From Pseudomonadota bacterium (GTDB lineage Bacteria > Pseudomonadota > Gammaproteobacteria > Burkholderiales > SG8-39): DNA of 60,602 nucleotides. The notes beneath the pieces were generated by a model. It was not told where the DNA came from and did no database searches. It saw only the letters and a list, made by a program, of their open reading frames with translations. Shown here piece after piece: positions 54,404-60,602 of the stretch (position 1 is the first letter of the stretch; each line of letters opens with the position of its first letter). Location of the stretch: assembly GCA_038040245.1 (NCBI GenBank), contig JBBPIU010000001.1, forward strand, positions 1 to 60,602. The letters are read 5' to 3'. Made by a program: the position numbers and the translations under genes.

Positions 54404-55576
54404 ATGAAATTCAAGGCAGGCTTGATCGCGCTGGCGCTTGCAGGATCTACGATGGCCGGCTCGGCGTTCGCGCAGACCCAGGGCGTGTCCAAGGGCGAGA
54501 TCGTGATCGGTACCGTGCAGGACCTGTCCGGGCCGATCGTGGCGCTGTCCAAGCCCGCGGTGAACGGCATGCGCATGCGCGTGGACGAGATCAACGAGGG
54601 GGGCGGCATCCACGGCCGCAAGCTCAAGCTGGTGGTCGAGGATCACGGCTACGACCCGAAAAAGGCGGTGCTCGCAGCGCAAAAGCTGATCCAGAAGGAC
54701 AAGATCTTCGCCGCGCTCGGCTCGATCGGCACGCCGACCGCGATGGCGGCGATGCCGCTGTACCTGGAGAAGAACGTCGCGCACCTGTTTCCGCTCACCG
54801 GCGCGCGCCAGATGTACGAGCCGCTGCACAAGCTGAAGTACTCCCTTGCCGCGCCGTACTTCGACCAGATGCGCGCCGCGCTCAAGGTGCTGATCAAGGA
54901 AAAAGGCCTCAAGCGCGCCTGCACCATTTACCAGGACGACGACTTCGGCGTCGAGGTGATGGAAGGCGGCGAGGCGGCGCTCAAGGATCTCGGCATGAAG
55001 TACGTCGAGAAGACCACCTACAAGCGCGGCACGACCGACTTCTCCTCGCAGGTGCAGAAGATGCGCGGCGCCAACTGCGACGTGGTGGTGATGGGCACCA
55101 TCATCCGCGAGACCATCGGCACCATCGGGACGGCGCGCAAGCTTGGCTGGAATCCGGAGTTCATCGGCACCACCGCGAGCTACTTCGACATCATCCACAA
55201 GCTCGGCGGCCCGGCGATGAACGGTTTCTACTCGGCTGCAACGCTCAACTATCCCTACGCCGACGACCCGTCGGCCAACGTGCGCAGCTGGTTCCAGCGC
55301 TACAAGGAGAAGTACAAGGAAGACGCGACCGTCCTCTCCGTGTACGGCTACCAGATCGTCTCGCTGTTCGGCGCGATCGCGGAGCGCGCCGGCCCGAACC
55401 TGACACCCGACAGCTACGCCAAGGCAAACGACAGCCATACCCAGCCGCGCGACATGTTCGGCGGCGACGAGCAGAAGTTCGGGCCGAAGAAGCACCTCGG
55501 GTCGAACCGGGCGAAGCTGTGCCAGATCCAGGAAGGACGCTGGCGCTGCCTCACCGATTACATCACCGACCTGTAG
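54404..55576 (+). CDS. LivK-type periplasmic substrate-binding protein
   Basis: GAGGAG SD then ATG at 54404. Signal peptide MKFKAGLIALALAGSTMAGSAFA. Type I periplasmic binding fold. Confidence 0.9.
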   Translation: MKFKAGLIALALAGSTMAGSAFAQTQGVSKGEIVIGTVQDLSGPIVALSKPAVNGMRMRVDEINEGGGIHGRKLKLVVEDHGYDPKKAVLAAQKLIQKDKIFAALGSIGTPTAMAAMPLYLEKNVAHLFPLTGARQMYEPLHKLKYSLAAPYFDQMRAALKVLIKEKGLKRACTIYQDDDFGVEVMEGGEAALKDLGMKYVEKTTYKRGTTDFSSQVQKMRGANCDVVVMGTIIRETIGTIGTARKLGWNPEFIGTTASYFDIIHKLGGPAMNGFYSAATLNYPYADDPSANVRSWFQRYKEKYKEDATVLSVYGYQIVSLFGAIAERAGPNLTPDSYAKANDSHTQPRDMFGGDEQKFGPKKHLGSNRAKLCQIQEGRWRCLTDYITDL

Positions 55577-55578
55577 CC

Positions 55579-56460
55579 CTAGACCCAGTCCTTCGGTACT
55601 AGAAAATCCGTGTAGAGCTTTTCTTCCGGAGAGCCGGGTGCGGGCGTCCAGGCGTAGCGCCAGGTGACGGCGGGCGGCAGGGATATGAGGATCGATTCGG
55701 TACGGCCGCCGGACTGCAGGCCGAACAGCGTCCCCCGGTCCTGCACCAGGTTGAATTCCACGTAGCGCCCGCGCCGGTAGCACTGGAAGGCGCGTTCAGC
55801 GCCGCTGTACGGCGTGGCGCGGCGGCGCTCGAGGATCGGCGCGTAGGCGGTGATGAAGTGATCGCCGACCGAACGAGTGAGAGAAAATGCGGCGGGGAAA
55901 TCTGGCTCCGACAAATCGTCGAAGAAGATGCCGCCGATGCCGCGCGGCTCGTTCCTGTGCTTGAGGAAGAAATATTCGTCGCACCACTTCTTGTAGCGCG
56001 GGTGCAGGTCCGCGCCGAAGGGCTCGAGCGCGCGCCTGCAGGTGCTGTGGAAATGCTTCGCGTCCTCCTCGAAGCCGTAATAGGGCGTCAGGTCCATGCC
56101 GCCGCCGAACCACCAGCTGTTCCCGGAAGAAAAGAAACGCACATTGAGGTGCACCGTGGGGCAATAAGGGTTGCGCGGATGCAGCACCAGCGACACGCCC
56201 ATGGCCTCGTAGCGCTGCCCGGCAAGCCGCGGGTGCGCGGCAGAGGCGCCGTGCGGCAGCTTGCTGCCCGACACATGCGAAAAGCCGACGCCGCCGCGCT
56301 CGAACAGCTTGCCTTCCTCGATGGTGCAGGTGGATCCGCCGCCGCCCTCGGCGCGCTCCCAGCGGTCCGTGGTGAACGCACTGCCGTCCAGCGCTTCGAG
56401 CGCCGCCACGATGCGCGCCTGCAGCGCGGTGAAGTAATCGCGGACCGGGCGGGTGTCCAC
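55579..56460 (-). CDS. hemF: oxygen-dependent coproporphyrinogen III oxidase
   Basis: 293 aa, GTG start 1 nt after the purD stop. [25 protein letters not shown] parallels E. coli HemF. Confidence 0.93.
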   Translation of the reverse strand: MDTRPVRDYFTALQARIVAALEALDGSAFTTDRWERAEGGGGSTCTIEEGKLFERGGVGFSHVSGSKLPHGASAAHPRLAGQRYEAMGVSLVLHPRNPYCPTVHLNVRFFSSGNSWWFGGGMDLTPYYGFEEDAKHFHSTCRRALEPFGADLHPRYKKWCDEYFFLKHRNEPRGIGGIFFDDLSEPDFPAAFSLTRSVGDHFITAYAPILERRRATPYSGAERAFQCYRRGRYVEFNLVQDRGTLFGLQSGGRTESILISLPPAVTWRYAWTPAPGSPEEKLYTDFLVPKDWV

Positions 56461-56461
56461 C

Positions 56462-57733
<1,272 letters not shown>

Positions 57734-57746
57734 CGCGGCTTGCTCA

Positions 57747-59336
57747 TCAGTGCCTGAAGTGGCGCACGCCGGTGAATACCATGGCGATGCCGCGTTCGTC
57801 GGCCGCGGCGATCACTTCCTCGTCGCGCACGCTGCCGCCGGGCTGGATCACGGCCGTGGCGCCGGCGTCGATCACCGCGTCCAGGCCGTCGCGGAAAGGG
57901 AAAAAGGCATCCGACGCGACCACCGAACCGGCAATCACGAGGCCGGCATTCTGCGCCTTGATCGCGGCGATGCGCGCGCTGTCGACGCGACTCATCTGCC
58001 CGGCGCCGACGCCGACGGTGGCGCCGTCGCGGCAGAACACGATGGCATTGGATTTCACGTACTTCGCCACCTTCCATGCGAACAGCAGGTCGTCAAGTTG
58101 CCGCGCGGTCGGCTGCCGCTTGGTGACCACCTTAAGCTCGCCGCGTGCCAACTCGCGGTTGTCGGCGCTCTGGATCAGCAGGCCCGAGCCGACGCGCTTC
58201 ACGTCGTGCGAATTGCGGCCCTGCTCCCAAGGCGTCGTGCCGTCGCGCTTGACGCCCTCGAGCGGGATTTCCAGCACGCGCGTGTTGGCTTTGCCGGCGA
58301 AAATCTTGCGCGCCTCGTCGCTGCAGGCCGGCGCGATCAGCACCTCGACGAACTGTTTCGCCACCAACTGCGCCGCCGCGCGGTCGACCGCGGTATTGAA
58401 GGCGATGATGCCGCCGAAGGCCGAGGTGGGGTCGGTCTGAAGGGCGTTCGCGTATGCCTCGGCCGCGTTGCCGGCAACCGCCACGCCGCAAGGGTTGGCG
58501 TGCTTGACGATCACGCAGGCCGGGCCGTCGAAACTCTTCACGCATTCCCAGGCCGCGTCGGCATCGGCGATGTTGTTGTACGAAAGCTCCTTGCCCTGCA
58601 GTTGCTTTGCCATCACAAGGGAGCCGGGTGCGGGGTAAAGATCCCGGTAGAACGCGGCGCTCTGGTGCGGGTTCTCGCCGTAGCGCAGATCCTGTAGTTT
58701 GACGAAGCGACTGTTATTTTGCGCCGGGAACTCGCCGCGCGTGCCATCCGGCCGCAAGGACGAGAGGTAGTCGCTGATCGCGGCGTCGTAGTTGCTGATG
58801 CGATTGAATGCCGCCACGGCGAGCGCGAAGCGCGTCGCTTCGCCGACCTTGCCGTCGCGCTTCAATTGCTCGATTACACCGGCGTACTGCGAGGCGTCGG
58901 TGAGCACCGCCACGTCCTGCCAGTTCTTCGCGGCGGAACGCACCATCGCCGGACCGCCGATGTCGATGTTCTCGATCGCGTCCTCGAGCGTGCAGCCCGG
59001 CCTGGCTAGCGTAGCTTCGAAGGGATAGAGATTCACGACCAGCAGGTCGATGGCGGCGATGCCGTGTTCTTTCAGAGCCGCCACGTGCGCCGGCAGGTCG
59101 CGCCGCGCGAGCAGGCCGCCGTGGATCGCCGGGTGCAGCGTCTTCACCCGGCCGTCGAGTATTTCCGGGAATCCGGTGTGCGCCGACACTTCGGTGACGC
59201 GCACGCCTTCCTTTTCGAGCAGCCTGGCGGTGCCGCCGGTGGAGAGGATCTGCACGCCGAGCGCGGCGAGGGCGCGCGCGAACTCCACCACGCCCGCTTT
59301 GTCGGAGACGCTGAGCAGCGCCCGCGCGACCTTCAC
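57747..59336 (-). CDS. purH: bifunctional AICAR transformylase/IMP cyclohydrolase
   Basis: 529 aa from GTG 59336 (GTGA overlap with the fis stop). [10 protein letters not shown], ends ...TGVRHFRH. Confidence 0.95.
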   Translation of the reverse strand: MKVARALLSVSDKAGVVEFARALAALGVQILSTGGTARLLEKEGVRVTEVSAHTGFPEILDGRVKTLHPAIHGGLLARRDLPAHVAALKEHGIAAIDLLVVNLYPFEATLARPGCTLEDAIENIDIGGPAMVRSAAKNWQDVAVLTDASQYAGVIEQLKRDGKVGEATRFALAVAAFNRISNYDAAISDYLSSLRPDGTRGEFPAQNNSRFVKLQDLRYGENPHQSAAFYRDLYPAPGSLVMAKQLQGKELSYNNIADADAAWECVKSFDGPACVIVKHANPCGVAVAGNAAEAYANALQTDPTSAFGGIIAFNTAVDRAAAQLVAKQFVEVLIAPACSDEARKIFAGKANTRVLEIPLEGVKRDGTTPWEQGRNSHDVKRVGSGLLIQSADNRELARGELKVVTKRQPTARQLDDLLFAWKVAKYVKSNAIVFCRDGATVGVGAGQMSRVDSARIAAIKAQNAGLVIAGSVVASDAFFPFRDGLDAVIDAGATAVIQPGGSVRDEEVIAAADERGIAMVFTGVRHFRH

Positions 59337-59572
59337 GCCTTGATCCGCAGCTGCTGAATCTTCTTGCGCAGGGTATTGCGGTCGATGCCGAGCATCGCGG
59401 CGGCAGCGCTCTGGTTGCCCGCGACCTTGCCGAGCACCGTCTCGATCAGCGGCCGCTCGATGTTCTTCAGCACCATGTCGTAGATCGCGGTCGGCTTTTC
59501 GCCGTCCATATCCCTGAAGTAGCGCTCCAGCGAGCGCTTCACGGCATCGGCAAGCTCGGTATTGCGGCTCAT
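59333..59572 (-). CDS. fis: Fis-family DNA-binding protein
   Basis: 79 aa. ATGA overlap with dusB. C-terminal [24 protein letters not shown]. Confidence 0.9.
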   Translation of the reverse strand: MSRNTELADAVKRSLERYFRDMDGEKPTAIYDMVLKNIERPLIETVLGKVAGNQSAAAAMLGIDRNTLRKKIQQLRIKA

Positions 59573-60537
59573 GCGGGCAGTTCGTCGAAGTAGCGGCCCA
59601 CGGCGGCGAGCTGCGCGCTCGCGGACAGGATCTCGTTGGCCTCGCGGCGGAAGGCCTCGCCGCCCGGCAGCCCGCGCGTGTACCAGCCGATGTGCTTGCG
59701 CGCGATGCGCACGCCGAGCGCTTCGCCGTAGAGCGAATAAATGCCTTCGAAGTGTTCGAGCGCCACCGCGCGCATCTCCGCAGGCGACGGGGGTGCGAGG
59801 TGCTTTCCGGTTTCCAGGAAATGCGCAAACTCCCGGAAAATCCATGGGCGGCCGTGGGCGGCCCGGCCGATCATGATGCCGTCGGCGCCGGTGAGCGCGA
59901 GCACGCGCCTCGCCTCTTCGGGCGTCGCGATGTCGCCATTGGCGATCACCGGAATGCGCACGCCCGCCTTGACTTCGGCAATGGTTTCGAACTCGGCCTC
60001 GCCGCGGAAGCCGCAGGCGCGGCTGCGTCCGTGGACAGCGAGCAGCCTCACGCCCGATGCTTCGGCGATTCTGGCGATGCGCAGCGCGTTCTTGCGCTCG
60101 GGACTGGGACCGGTGCGGATCTTCAGCGTCACGGGCACCTCCACCGCGGCGACGACCGCCTCCAGAATGCGCGCCACCAGCGGCTCGTCGGACAGCAGCG
60201 CGGAGCCGGCGGCGACATTGCAGACCTTTTTCGCCGGGCAACCCATGTTGATGTCGATGATCTGCGCGCCTTCGGCGGCATTGACGCGGGCGGCGTCGGC
60301 CATCATGGCCGGGTCGGCCCCGGCAATTTGCACCGAAACGGGACTGGCCTCGCCGCGATGCTCCAGGCGCAGGCGCGATTTGCGGGTGCCGCGCAGCTCG
60401 GGACGCGAAGAAACCATTTCGGAGATCGCGAGGCCGGCGCCGAAGCGACGGCAGAGCGTGCGGAAGGGCCGGTCGGTGACGCCCGCCATCGGAGCAGCGA
60501 ACAAGCCATTGCGCAATACATGCGCGCCAAGGCGCAT
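59569..60537 (-). CDS. dusB: tRNA-dihydrouridine synthase B
   Basis: 322 aa from the ATG at 60537 ([26 protein letters not shown] parallels E. coli DusB). Two further in-frame ATGs upstream lie inside a tandem repeat. Confidence 0.9.
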   Translation of the reverse strand: MRLGAHVLRNGLFAAPMAGVTDRPFRTLCRRFGAGLAISEMVSSRPELRGTRKSRLRLEHRGEASPVSVQIAGADPAMMADAARVNAAEGAQIIDINMGCPAKKVCNVAAGSALLSDEPLVARILEAVVAAVEVPVTLKIRTGPSPERKNALRIARIAEASGVRLLAVHGRSRACGFRGEAEFETIAEVKAGVRIPVIANGDIATPEEARRVLALTGADGIMIGRAAHGRPWIFREFAHFLETGKHLAPPSPAEMRAVALEHFEGIYSLYGEALGVRIARKHIGWYTRGLPGGEAFRREANEILSASAQLAAVGRYFDELPA

Positions 60538-60591
60538 CTGTAAATCCTGCGCGCCAAGGCGCATCTGTAAATCCTGCGCGCCGAGCTGCAT
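60538..60591 (-). repeat. two tandem 27-nt in-frame copies of the dusB SD/start-codon region
   Basis: ATGCAGCTCGGCGCGCAGGATTTACAG and ATGCGCCTTGGCGCGCAGGATTTACAG, followed by the genuine ATGCGCCTTGGCGCGCATG... Confidence 0.9.
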
Positions 60592-60602
60592 TTGTACTAG
60601 TG

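Noticed and set aside
60511-60591. Possible CRISPR-like or regulatory repeat array at the window end
   Set aside because: The units are directly abutting 27-nt copies with no spacers. They are in frame with dusB and duplicate its start region. This is a tandem duplication, not a CRISPR array.

Overview
GC-rich (about two-thirds G+C by eye) chromosomal segment with betaproteobacterial-type synteny: petABC-sspAB, Bug/TctC binding proteins and dusB-fis-purH-purD-hemF. Most of it is ordinary core metabolism. I saw no transposase, integrase, phage gene, CRISPR array or recognisable defence system.

Main gene blocks:
- A sigma-54 activator co-transcribed with a DegS/AlgW-type protease, followed by a strong sigma-54 promoter.
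- petABC, sspAB, then tRNA-Thr followed by a PrlF/YhaV toxin-antitoxin pair.
- A tight co-directional run: fadH, cofD-like, moxR, DUF58, transglutaminase, small secreted protein.
- ada/alkA-ogt.
- A 4.6 kb lower-GC accessory patch of four single-gene modules, each bracketed by a REP-like palindrome.
- Orphan paaG-paaK.
- Two paralogous AtuA(DUF1446)+small-partner pairs.
- Penicillin-acylase-family gene, phaZ, and cysB...cysI-DUF934-cobA-cbiX.
- A liv-type ABC transporter with an acyl-CoA synthetase.

No obviously novel multi-gene system stands out. The signal I find most unusual is not a gene. Many otherwise GC3-saturated core genes contain short islands of A/T-ending rare codons (TTA, ATA, AGA, CTA). 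These islands share recurrent sense-strand words, some form hairpins, and from memory of the E. coli orthologues they are not insertions.

Other notable items:
- Two families of palindromic repeats. One has a copy against the fadH start codon and a relative inside the acylase coding sequence.
- An in-frame 27-nt tandem duplication of the dusB SD and start codon.
- A 23-nt motif repeated upstream of two adjacent genes.
- An orphan cofD-like gene at the head of the moxR operon.

Family assignments come from motifs I recognise and from memory. No database search was run.
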